Below are positions 36,879-48,885 of a DNA stretch of 52,894 nucleotides, piece after piece. Every line of letters starts with the position of its first letter. The stretch's first letter is position 1. Location of the stretch: NCBI RefSeq assembly GCF_001194135.2, contig NC_068984.1, forward strand, positions 49,412,145-49,465,038. Reading direction: 5' to 3'. The translations under genes were made by a program, and so were the position numbers. Under the pieces are notes generated by a model, which was not told the DNA's origin, ran no database searches, and was given only the letters and a program-made list of their open reading frames with translations. This DNA is from Octopus bimaculoides. Lineage: Eukaryota.

Positions 36879-38371
36879 TGAAGATATATCTTTACAGCCG
36901 TTTCAAAAGTCAATGCGTTATATAATATGATGCATATTATGCAAATAGGCGTTCAAAATGAAGCAATAATTATTCATTGCAAATATCATAAATATGAACT
37001 CACATAAAGCATGATACGTTAATATCTTGAAGCTGGGAACGCCGTATATTTTCGTCAGAAAGATAAGTAACAATTGCCAATGTAATAGTAGTAGGCCACA
37101 TATTTTGGTTATACACAGGCATCAATAAAAATAAGAAGAAAAAGGTGGATAGTTTCTAATGGAGAGATAAATACGCGGAAACAAGTGGAAAATAACATAA
37201 AGTCAAGAAAAAATATTTTAGTAAAAACTGAGGAAAGGGAATTAAAATAAGAAGGAATATAGAAAAAGGAAGAGAAAAATAAAAGCAAAAGAAAAGAATA
37301 AAAAGACAAATGAAAGTGTCATTCTTTCTATTTGAGAAGCTTAACTATTGAAACAGGTCGAAAATTTAAGTTTGAGGAATGTAGAGTAAAGAAGATTGAT
37401 CAAAAGAAATTATCAAAAAAAAAAAGGGGAATATGGCAAACAAAAAAGCCTACTGTTATATAAAAGAGGCAGTTTAACTTATTGGCGACCTGATTTAGTA
37501 TAAATGTCTAAACGTGAGTGTAAGAATGGAATCGCTAGAAAAAATTTTTTAAAAAAACATAAATGGAGATGTAAAATATATAAAGATTTGCTATAACCAA
37601 AGAAAATGTAATTAAAGTAATTAGAAACAAAGCATGAATGACTTTAAAGTTCAATTCCAATTAAGATGAGTGATAATTGTAACTATGCCAAGTAATTAAA
37701 CAGATGAAAGCGAGATATATAAAAAGCAGAATGTTGCTCAGAATACAAAGCTTATAGTTATCTAAATCGAGTGGAGCACGCTGATCTAGGGCAAAAAAGG
37801 AAAATATTCTGAAGAATCTGTGCCTGCAGAATGTTAATACGTCCCATTGTTTCTTATGAAGACCTTAATTTTTGTGTAACGTCTCAAGGGATTCTCTAGG
37901 GGACAAATTAAATGCATTGTGACCACAATATAAGCCTACCAGCCTTAACTGTAAACCTGATACCGTAGGAAATGTATTGGCCTTGAGATATTGTAGGAAA
38001 TACTATTAACCTCGAAATGGTTGATATTCTTGGCCAGTGAAGTAGATTCATTAGAGAACGCGTTAACATTTGTTAAGTATCGTCTCTTAAAATCAGTAGA
38101 AAATCCTGTGTATAGTTTGGTTGAATTTGCGTGCATAGCATAGACAGTGCACTTATAAACGACGTTATATCGCAAGTAATGATCACTCATAGGAGAATTA
38201 CTGGGTATTCTACAATTACATTTCTTATTATCTCAAGTTAAGTTACAGTTATCTGTGAGTGGTCATTACTTACCTTTATTATCATTATCATTATTATTAC
38301 TATTGTTGTTGCTGTTGTTATTACTGTTATAGCTATTATACTTATCACAATTGCCACTACTCAAGATTTTT

Positions 38372-38381
38372 TTATTATTGT

Positions 38382-38447
<66 letters not shown>
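38372..38447. repeat. Compound (TTA/TAG)n(CAG)n microsatellite
   Basis: Direct reading. Confidence 0.95.
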
Positions 38448-38448
<1 letters not shown>

Positions 38449-38450
38449 TA

Positions 38451-38668
38451 AGGCAGTGAATTGGCAGAATCGTTAGCAAGCCAGACAAAATGCTTTGCGA
38501 CATTTCGTCCGTCTTTACGTTCTGAGTTTAAATTCTGTTGAGGCCGATTTTGCCCTTCATCCTTTGGGTGTTGATAAAATAAGTACTAATTGAGTACTGG
38601 GGTCTCTGTAATCGAATCTCTCTATCCTCCAAAATTCAGGTCTTGTGCCTCTAGCAGAAAGGATTATT
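38451..38668 (+). mobile_element. Family-B SINE monomer (older)
   Basis: ttggcagaatcgttagc head, ttctgagtttaaattc, ttttgcccttcatcctttggg core and tcttgtgcc tail. Confidence 0.85.
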
Positions 38669-38669
38669 T

Positions 38670-38895
38670 AAAGTGGCGTGCTGGCAGAATCGTTATCACG
38701 CCGGTCAAAATGTCTCGCGACATTTCTTCCGGTTTTACGTTCTGACTTCAAATTCAGCTGAAGCCAACTTTGTCTTTCATCTTTTCGGGGTCAATGAAAT
38801 AAGTATTAATTGGGCCCTGAAGTCAATATCATCAACTTGCCCCGTCTCAAATTTCCTGGACTTGAGCCAAATTAATAAAGAATTTAGAAAGTATT
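38670..38895 (+). mobile_element. Second adjacent family-B SINE monomer with its own complete head
   Basis: gtggcgtgctggcagaatcgttatc head and ctttgtctttcatcttttcggggtc core. Confidence 0.85.
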
Positions 38896-41819
38896 TTTTT
38901 GTAGAATTACTTCAAGATACATCACAGTTACCATCTATTTGAAGCTGCGATTATGCATGCAAGATTAGGTGTGATAAAATAAGGAAGCTTAATTGTGGAC
39001 TAGTAATTATGTTGAGATGGGAAATTTGATTTTAGAATATTGAAGAACAGTTTAGTTAGAGACTTAACTTGTAAACAAATTGGTAGTGCAAAACATAAGA
39101 CCTCACGCCTTCGAATCTTATTGTATTTTATTGATATTTTGAAGTGGAGAGAATTATTCTAAGGTAGACAAATATTAGGTTTTCCAAAGCCATCATGCAC
39201 TAGGGCATTTGTGTGCATAGCTGGAGGTTAAGTGTTTGTATTGGTGGTAGAGGGGAGTGTATTCTACGTAAAGTTCTATAACAGTGAGTATTGGAGGTTT
39301 AATCTTTTTACTTTAGATATATTTTTAGTATTAGTTGCCATATTATGATTAACTATAGGGCAATTGTTCTACTGTTAGTTGTCCAAGCATAATTTTGAAC
39401 CTAGTGTTGCGAATGCAAGATGATATTTCAAAGAAACCACTGTGTGTAGGTCCTGATAAAAGTATGAGACGTGATTATTGGAGATATTTTCATTTGCGAA
39501 AAGGTTAGGAATCCTAATCTAGACACTGTCAATAACGCTATTCAAGATAGATCTATGGTGATTCGATTTAACATGAATATATCGAAGGTATTTCTTGGGT
39601 TTATGAAAGGATAGTATAAGCCCGAGTTCAAATCTAAAGTAACGTCTCAGAAGTTGGCTACTTCAAAAGTATTGTTGAAAATGATAGATACATAGTAATT
39701 ACGAATTATTTATAATGACCTTTCCGGGTACGTTCCACACGTACTTAGAATATCAGGTGGATACGAGCAAAGCAGCGTCTCAATATAAACCATCCTCAAT
39801 TTAAGGAAAATGTATGCTGAGTTGACATGGTAGAAAAAAGCCTGCCAGATTTATGATATGCGCGGAATCCCAAGATCCTATTGTAATATCAAAATAATCG
39901 TTTAATAATTTAATATCTACATCTAAACGAAACAGCGTCTTATATATATANNNNNNNNNNNNNNNNNNNNNNNNNNNNNNNNNNNNNNNNNNNNNNNNNN
40001 NNNNNNNNNNNNNNNNNNNNNNNNNNNNNNNNNNNNNNNNNNNNNNNNNNNNNNNNNNNNNNNNNNNNNNNNNNNNNNNNNNNNNNNNNNNNNNNNNNNN
40101 GTGCGCAGCCAAAGTACTAGTCAAACTTGTATAGCACGTGATTTTGGCACAGAAAAACGTATAGAAACTCTGCTTTATGTTTGGGAATTCTACTAATTCG
40201 ATATTTGTCAAATTGTTGACAATAAGACTGTAAAATTTTTAAGTTTAAGTTGTTTGTTTATTTGAAATGCCACCTTAAATATACAATATATTCAGTTTAA
40301 ATACAGAGCATTTACGAAAGAATTAGAAAGTTAAGTTTAACGCAATTTTAATTTTCAGAAAAATAAATGTTCCATTAGGCGCTTTCTAATTACGTAAATT
40401 ATTAGAATTTAGGTCACCTTTCTCAACGAAAGGTTGATAAATTATCTTTTGATATTGTTTGACTAACAGCGTTTATTTTATTTCATATTTTACAAACTCA
40501 GTATAGAAACTTACTTCGAAAACTACACTATAAACAACTTTCCTAATCAAGGTTCTGCTTTTACCATTATAATGTCTTTCTAGTTGATTTGAGGGAGACT
40601 TGGATGCGTGCCAAAGGGAAATTATTTTTATTATAATTTTGTTTCCTATATTAATGTAACATTTCAGTGAAATATCTTAGTCAAAAATTCTTCATACATA
40701 AACAATGTGGTAACGGTTAAGTTTCAGTGACTTATTTTTATCCACGATACGACAAGTTTTCCCGATTTTCTTATCCCAATTGTTGTATAACACGTTTAAG
40801 TGGAAAATAATATATTTACCTTATGCAGAATTGCTTGTTTTACTGACTGCGATTTCTCTTAGTTACCGTTTCTTTTTTTCTCTTTTTGTAAAATGTTTAT
40901 CAGAAATAGTTTCAAGTGGTAGAAGGAACTACATTCAATGAATCGTAAAAGCTTTAAAGCATGATTAACTGTATTTCTGACTGAAGGTTTTGGCAAATCT
41001 GTCGCTATTTTTATTAACTTTCTCTTCATTATCCCTGCCCTTATCTTTTATCATTCATTACACAGACTCTTTGAGAGCAAAATATTCATGACCATTGTTT
41101 CTAGTGGCATATGAGGAGCAACAAAATACTTTGACCAAATACGAAACACTAACCATAATTTTCCTATATTGCATATGTAAATTCAACAACTGAATTCATT
41201 GTATTATAATTCGTTTCTCCAAGTAAATTACTAGAAATTCGTCTTGATCTGAGGATCGGTTTGTATAATAATAAAGATTATTCACGTTTGTAAAATCAAA
41301 CTGGAGAGAGAGGATAGATGTATTTCCTTACTATTCAATGCAAACAATAGGATATCTGTTCAAGTCTAGTCAAAGTTATATATTCCAGTGTATGTAAAGG
41401 CGTTTTCTTTTTTATCATTTGTAGATGAACATTTTATTATGTATATATTTAAATAGTACAACCTATGAATAATCTATATTTATTATATGAGTGAAAGTAT
41501 AAATTGAATTCTTCAAAGTTTTGAATAAATTACATGCATTCAGGAAAAATTAAATGAAAAACCAGTACAAAATAATGCCCTCACAATGACTGTATTGGTG
41601 GCTACGTTGCATTTTCATCTTTCTTTATCAGAATTTGTTAAATATTTTTGTTTACAAAATTACAAAGTGACAGCTGTCACTGATATATTCATAAGATGTG
41701 GGTCATCAAATAATGACTTCCGAGTGTGTAATCAAGTAAAATCTTTACTGCTATCTAAAGCAGACATGTAAATTTTCAATATTACTTAGTACTAGCAACA
41801 GAAACAGTTTACTTCTTAA

Positions 41820-42034
41820 CTCTTTAGCATTTAAACTGACCATATCCAGCCAAAATATACTATCTGTTTTATGTTCAAACCAGTCAAATCCAGCTTTTCA
41901 CACCTACCCTACATTGTCATTCCAAAGATATACAATCATTGAAATCTTTAAGCTATCAGATAACATATGGTTAATTTAAAACAATGTAAATAAATAAGTA
42001 TTAAATTTGACAGAGTAATCTAAATGTCAAAGGG
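41820..42034. mobile_element. 215-bp piggyBac-type MITE
   Basis: TTAA at 41816-41819 and 42035-42038. Termini ctctttagcattta and taaatgtcaaaggg are 11/14 complementary (CCC..GGG type ends). No coding capacity. Confidence 0.75.
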
Positions 42035-43551
42035 TTAAAGCAGTATATAATTAAGTTTCTTTAGTTTGATGAGTTAATTTCAAATCCATTCATAAACCTA
42101 AGCTAGCCTCTACATGAGTGTTTAAACTGCTAAAAACAGTAACCAAACTGCCTTCAAATCACACCCTATGTATATATATTCATATATATATATATATACA
42201 CACACTCACACAAATATATATACACATACACACACACACACACACATATACATATATATATATATATATATATANNNNNNNNNNNNNNNNNNNNNNNNNN
42301 NNNNNNNNNNNNNNNNNNNNNNNNNNNNNNNNNNNNNNNNNNNNNNNNNNNNNNNNNNNNNNNNNNNNNNNNNNNNNNNNNNNNNNNNNNNNNNNNNNNN
42401 NNNNNNNNNNNNNNNNNNNNNNNNNNNNNNNNNNNNNNNNNNNNNNNNNNNNNNNNNNNNNNNNNNNNNNNNNNNNNNNNNNNNNNNNNNNNNNNNNNNN
42501 NNNNNNNNNNNNNNNNNNNNNNNNNNNNNNNNNNNNNNNNNNNNNNNNNNNNNNNNNNNNNNNNNNNNNNNNNNNNNNNNNNNNNNNNNNNNNNNNNNNN
42601 NNNNNNNNNNNNNNNNNNNNNNNNNNNNNNNNNNNNNNNNNNNNNNNNNNNNNNNNNNNNNNNNNNNNNNNNNNNNNNNNNNNNNNNNNNNNNNNNNNNN
42701 NNNNNNNNNNNNNNNNNNNNNNNNNNNNNNNNNNNNNNNNNNNNNNNNNNNNNNNNNNNNNNNNNNNNNNNNNNNNNNNNNNNNNNNNNNNNNNNNNNNN
42801 NNNNNNNNNNNNNNNNNNNNNNNNNNNNNNNNNNNNNNNNNNNNNNNNNNNNNNNNNNNNNNNNNNNNNNNNNNNNNNNNNNNNNNNNNNNNNNNNNNNN
42901 NNNNNNNNNNNNNNNNNNNNNNNNNNNNNNNNNNNNNNNNNNNNNNNNNTATATATATATATATATATTTATATGTATATGTTTGGTGAATGAGAGACAA
43001 ATAATGATAGATATGAGAATTTCTATTAATCACTAAATTGTTTCGACCTGTTTAACATCTATCTGTCCCTCATGGATGGGATACTTAACAACTGGTTCAG
43101 GTGCATCTGACGGTATAGATGTGTCTCTGGGGGTGATAACTTATTAAAGTAACAGTTCCACAATGTCTTCTGAGTTCACGTGAAGTAAAGCAGCAGATTA
43201 AAGGATATAACTTCATTTATATAGAAGATCAATAATAAAATAACAGATGCAAAAAGGAAACCAACACACAATACAGCGAAAATACATAACGAACACTCTG
43301 ACAGTGTTCGTCCTTTACCAGTAAGCTACCAGGTATAAACCATCTGTTTTATTATGTAATAATGTATATGCATATATGTATGTATCTAGCTATCTATATG
43401 TGTGTGTGTATGTTATGTATATATATGTATGTTATATATTTCATTTTAATTTATCATTTTATCTAGTTTCAGCTGATGAGCTGTGGCCATATATATAGTT
43501 TCAGATAATAATATTATCCCTAATATTATATATATACATATATATATATAT

Positions 43552-44452
43552 ACTAGCTGACATACCTGGTAATTCCCGAGAAAGCAGGTCTTATCCCATG
43601 GCTCCGCACTCATAATTGTTTTGCTAATCCAATAAGAACAATACAAAGTATGTATTGCTGAAACGGTTTTTGTGCATTCACAGAGAATAGCGAACTGTCA
43701 TACACAGGATCTTGTTTTTAGGAATTCCCAATAACTTATGAATGCCCAAATTGTGAAGTCAGTTATGTAATAACATGAAATTAGTTAACTGATAGTAAGA
43801 ATTCAAATAAAGTAACGCTGAAAAAGGCTTTGATGGGTATATAGAACATAGGAGGAAATACTAATAAGGTATGTATACTAAAATCGAAAAGTATTTTACA
43901 TAATAACAGGTTAATCAGATATGAGATAATAACAATTCAAAGTAAATAACTCTAAAAAGGGCTTTTGTGCGTTCCCAGAGAATATTACCCTCAGGGGAAC
44001 GAGTGTTGTATATTCATGAATAACCAAAATAAGTGGATCCGTTGTTTAGGAAAATACTTTTCACTTGTTTAAGGGCTGTACTGGATAAATTGCGAAAATA
44101 GCTCTAACAGTTCAAATACTAAGAAATAAGCACACTCAATTTCATTTTTACCAAATAATTTAGGAAAATGAATGGGTTATTTCCCTTGGCTATATATAAG
44201 GATCCCTTCCAGGTGCGAATAGGTTATTTGCCTTGGTTTTTAAAATAAAATATATTCGATATGTATAAGGATCTCTTCAAGGGGCCCTATTATTGTCTTT
44301 TCTTTCACAATCTGGGTATGCCATGAGGTTTCCAGACATGAGTTCTAGTCACGTATCAAGTTTCATTAAAATTGATAAAACGATGTAGTAGGAGTTAGCT
44401 AACAACTCTACAAACACACCCATAGATAGAATTTCCCACATGTGTAGTAGAT
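43552..44452 (+). mobile_element. Probable non-autonomous Helitron-like element (Lep1-like architecture), ~900 bp, in a (TA)n site
   Basis: 5' ACTAGCTGACATACC. 3' subterminal aagtttcattaaaattgataaaacg..gttagctaacaa..caaacacacccatagatagaattt..tagtagAT. Both flanks are (TA)n. Assignment is by recalled architecture only. Confidence 0.45.
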
Positions 44453-44460
44453 ATATATAT

Positions 44461-44648
44461 TCTTTTATTCTTTTAATTGTTTCAGTCATTTGATTGCACC
44501 CATGCTGGAGCACTACCTTTAGTTGAACAAATAGACCACAGGACTTATTCTTTGTATGCCTAGTACTTATTCTATTGGCCTCTTTTGCTGAACTGCTAAG
44601 TTACGGTGACGTGAATACACCAGCATCGTCTGTCAAGGCGATGGTGGG
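44461..44648 (-). mobile_element. 3' half of a family-A SINE, running into a gap
   Basis: tgtttcagtcatttga..catgctggagcac..ggacttattctttg..gctaagttacgg matches 12240-12420. Confidence 0.88.
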
Positions 44649-44658
44649 NNNNNNNNNN

Positions 44659-44691
<33 letters not shown>

Positions 44692-44949
44692 GTGTGTGTG
44701 TGTGTGTGTATGTGTGTGTGTGTGTGTGTCTGTGTGTGTCTCTGTGTGTGTGTGTGTATGTTTGTGTGTGTATAAAACAATGAGTTACAACCATTTTACT
44801 TGTGTGATATTTTGCTACCCTGGTAACTATTTATCTATTTTTTCCGTGTTAATCGTTAGCAAGGCCAAAATACACAAATCCACGAATGTTGCCAATGTGC
44901 GTGTGTGTGAGCGTGTGTGCAGTGAACAGGATGACGACAAGGTGAAGGA

Positions 44950-45233
44950 TGGCGACAAAGTGAAGACGACTGGCTGGCTGGATCCGTAGAACATTCAGAA
45001 CCAGAGATAAGGAAACCACGATGGTCCTCTGGAGGACATTAGTCCTCAGTCGCCTGGAGTACTGCTCCCAGCTATGGTCACCCAACAGTGTGAAATTAAC
45101 AGCAGACCTTGAAGCAACCCAGAGAAGATTCACAAAGAAGATCGTCTCTTTGCAATTGCTCGGCTACTGGGAAAGGCTGAAACAGCTAAGGCTCTACTCC
45201 CTGGAGAGAAGGAGGGAGAGGTATGCAGTTATA
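44950..45233 (+). mobile_element. CR1-like LINE internal fragment (post-RT region)
   Basis: GWIRRTFRTRDKETTMVLWRTLVLSRLEYCSQLWSP..LEATQRRFTKKI..YWERLKQLRLYSLERRRERYAVI. Confidence 0.88.
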
Positions 45234-45597
45234 ATGTTGAGCTGGGTCAGGCAGCTCCTACCTGGTTGAAAGCTATGCTGGGTATCAGCAAGTTATTTTC
45301 ATCAAGGAATGCGATTAATTTCCCTCTGACTATCCGTTCCATGACTTTGCTAATGTGTGAAGTCAGAGAGATAGGCCTATAATTTTTGGTATCTGCTTTT
45401 TGGGAACCCTTTATGGATTGAGCATATTATTCGCTCCTTTTCGGACTTTAATAATTATCAATAAATATGATTATATATAACAAAGTTATACATCATTATA
45501 AATTCTTAGTCCTTTTTCTTTTTGTTTCAGACTATATAATTTCAGATAGTGGCTATAGACCAAAGTATGATCATACCCATCCATATAGTAATTATAA

Positions 45598-46677
45598 GTA
45601 ATACAGCTCTAGTAAAAGAACTAAAAATTAACCGAACAATAGTCTGGAAAATTGTCAAGAAATTTGAAGAGATTGGTTCCACTGTTGATTGTTGTGGACA
45701 TGGCTGAAACAGAAGTGTGCAGATCCCTTCAGCTTATCAAAAGTACCAGTGAGAATATATGACAATATGCTTGTTGTTCTATCGGACAACTGGCTGCCGC
45801 AGCAAAAGTAAGCCGAACATTCATGTAATGAGTGTCGAAGGAGGATCTCAGATCCCACCCATACAAGATGATCCACTGTCATGAATTCACGCCAGTTTAT
45901 AAGGCTATGAGACTGGAGAGAATTCATCTTATCCTGTATCAGTTTGCTGAAGGCACACTGGGCAACTTCGTGTTCACTGATGAAAAGAAATTTGACATCG
46001 AACACACAGTAAACCACCAGAACGACCAAGTTTGGAGTGTATCTGACTCTGTCGGGGGTAGACTGGTAAATCTACATCAAAATCCACATTCGGTTATGAT
46101 TTGGGCAGCTGTGACAGCTACTGGAATGTTTCCCTCGTTTTTGTGCCTTCGGGTGTTGAAATTAATACCCAACGATACATTAGTGGCATTCTGGAAGCTG
46201 AACTGCTTCCATGGGTGAATGAGCACTTCCAAGGTTCATTTTGGAGCCTCCAACAGGATTCAACATCATCTCACAGCTCTAAACAGATACAACACTGGAT
46301 ATAAAAAAAAACATTCTGTCATTCATAGGCAAGGATGTAAGGCCCTCAAGATGCTCCAGTCTCGGCTCATTGGATTTTTCTGTTTGGTTCATTTTGGAGA
46401 CAAGCTTCTCAAGCACTCCTCATATTTCACTCAATGCTCTAAAGGCAAAACTGCGCCAGGAATGGGCTCCGATTCAACTGTGTGCATCGTGTGAAGCATT
46501 CGCACCTAAACTTAAGGCTGTGATTCGAAACAGAAGGGAGTGATATAGAATAAATGTGGTAGAGTTATAATTGTATTTCCTTTACGATTGCATTACAACT
46601 CTCGCACCCGACAAATAACAATATTTTGATGTGACAAAATTGAAAAATGTTGGTTGCCTTAATTTTGGGACACCCTG
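45598..46677 (+). mobile_element. 5'-truncated Tc1/mariner-superfamily transposon, maT (DD37D)-type
   Basis: HTH remnant INRTIVWKIVKKFEEIG; FVFTDEKKF; SVMIWAAVTATG; SLQQDSTSSH; decayed SPDxxPLDF. Right TIR ..aattttgggacaccctg followed by TA (46678-46679). No left TIR was found. Confidence 0.88.
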
Positions 46678-48885
46678 TATATCCAAACTACCTAAAAAAC
46701 AAAATAATTAACAGGATTGATCAATTAGGTACTAATGACTTTTGAAGGAATGCAAAGGCCCTATATTTTACAGAATACAAAATTGAAAGGTTCGTCTTTC
46801 TTTGTGAAAGACATAATTATCATATGTAAAGCGGAATGATTTCAAGTGGTAGTTAGGGCTGTTTCACAACATTCTGCTTAACAAAAGCTCAATAACGAGA
46901 ACCAGAATAAATTAATTAATTACAAATAATGATAACAGTAGCAACTTAAATTTGCATATAAATTATAGCCATATTACTTATATCAAATATCTGCAACAAC
47001 TGTTTTGCTAATAAGTTGCATAATCATGATTATTGTGTGACTGATAATTAAACATGGACTATAAATAGATTTTTTTTCTCCATCATTTAGGAAGCTTATC
47101 ATATCATCCTCATCATTTTAATACCCATTTATTCATCTACAATAACTAGGATATCTTTGTAACCAAAAATGTGTTTATTTGACACGATCTGGCATCATTG
47201 CATCTGTAAGCCCCAGTACCCAATAACTATCATCTGTTTATATTGCAGAATCATTCAAAGCCTCTCCTGCTCATATCAGTGAAAGTTTTTAATACTCAGT
47301 ACCAATGCAAATGTACTTAGATGATAATAAAACTATTTGCTATTAAAAAAAAACTCTTTAAAGAAAAGCCAATTTTCCACGAAAACAATAGTCTATAAGA
47401 CTAGTAATCAAATTAACTTTCAGTTTAATTGAACAGATAAGAGACAAATATTTAACAATAGCATTAATATATCTTGCATGATTTTATCCAGTATAACTGG
47501 TACTTATTTTGTAGCTAAGTAGATTTAGGCAGATGGACGTAATTATCTTGACTAAGAATACAAGTAAATTTTTCTCCTGAGATATATGAAATATATGATT
47601 AGATGGATGATTGTTATAGATGAGTGTCAGTGCTTTAAAATATCTTCTTAATTTCTATATTATTGTAATGAACCAGTTCATGTTAACAAAGAGAAACAAA
47701 GATAAAGAAATATTTATAATGAAAACCCTCTTGATAAGACCTCGGAAATTTGTTGATCAAATATAGCTCAAATATTTTGCATTAACGAGTACTTATACTA
47801 GATTTTTATACTGAGTTGTGGTTCCTAATTGATAAGTAAAACTAAGCAAAAATATGCCAACTCCTGGCCTGGAGCATAAGTTTTATATATAACAACTAAT
47901 CAACTTATGGAATTTTGCTAAAAATTAGATTACCGTATTTCCTGGCTCGTAAGATGGTTTAAGTGATAAAATGCAACCTAAAATTAACAAGGTATATTTT
48001 GGGAAAAAGCTTTTGGATATTTATGATAAAAATATGTAATTTGGAACAAAATAGTTGTGCATTAATGGACAAGATCACAACAAGCTGTCCACAATGCTTG
48101 TCTATATTTCAAATACCTATGCAAGCTTTTCAGCAGTATTACCAAAACCTAATTTTCGGTCCACCTCATTGCTCTCCACTACATGATCTAGACATCAGGT
48201 CATCATAGTGCACTTTATTTTCTGCAGTGAAACAATCATTATTTCTTTTCTTGTAGTGTAGAGTGACAACTTCAGGTTTGTTGACGTATCAGCTTTTAAA
48301 CTCCTGGTAACTTGAAAAATAACCAGACGCGGACGTGGCAGGAAGGGGAATGCCTAGCACATATGACATCATCCAGGTGTTATGTGTTGCCAGACTGCAT
48401 TTCCCATTGAATTTACTCATATTTCCTTTTACTGTGGCTTGGAGCTCATACCTGTCTATGAATTAGAATCCTTGCGCCCAAGATTTGCACACTACCGTCT
48501 CTTTTGATACAACTCTCCTTAAACGGAAAACATAACATTCAGATGCAGACATGTGGTGAATCCCATGTCATGGTAATACACAAGAGCAATTACAGAGTTA
48601 TCAAATAGACAAATTATGACAGATAAACAATTACTTAATAAAAACTTCCAAAATTTTATACAATGTGAAATTCACCATCACCACACACACACACACACAC
48701 ACACAAACATTTATTATGGAACAAATATAATAAAAATCATCTAGTAAGGTTCACTGAAAGAATAGAATAAGAGGATGACTAATGGTAGCTAATTACATGT
48801 CATACAAGAAACTCGTGTGTCGCTCACATTGCAATCTGGATGAATATTGTCAAATAAAAGAAATAGAATGACAGAAAACATGATT

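Larger units (their letters stand above)
37800..40230 (-). mobile_element. Decayed Penelope-like retroelement (RT followed by C-terminal GIY-YIG endonuclease), interrupted by SINEs and a gap
   Basis: RT: YFDITIGSWDSAHI, ANF*DVTLDLNSGLYYPFIKP..YIHVKSNHH, LFFNILKSNFP..TPNLACIIAASN. Linker and EN: KKCNCRIPSNSPM..NVVYKCTV..KLYTGFSTDFKRRY..STSLAKNI. Confidence 0.85.

Noticed and set aside
37330-37370. Degenerate hammerhead-like aacaggtcGAAA motifs here and at ~43035-43075 (minus)
   Set aside because: The CUGAUGA core is missing or corrupted; it cannot be called a ribozyme.
41633-41771. + strand acceptor followed by 46 open codons
   Set aside because: AT-rich sequence, no homology, and weak donors.
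43289-43311. 9-bp hairpin acgaacact/agtgttcgt
   Set aside because: Expected by chance in 53 kb.
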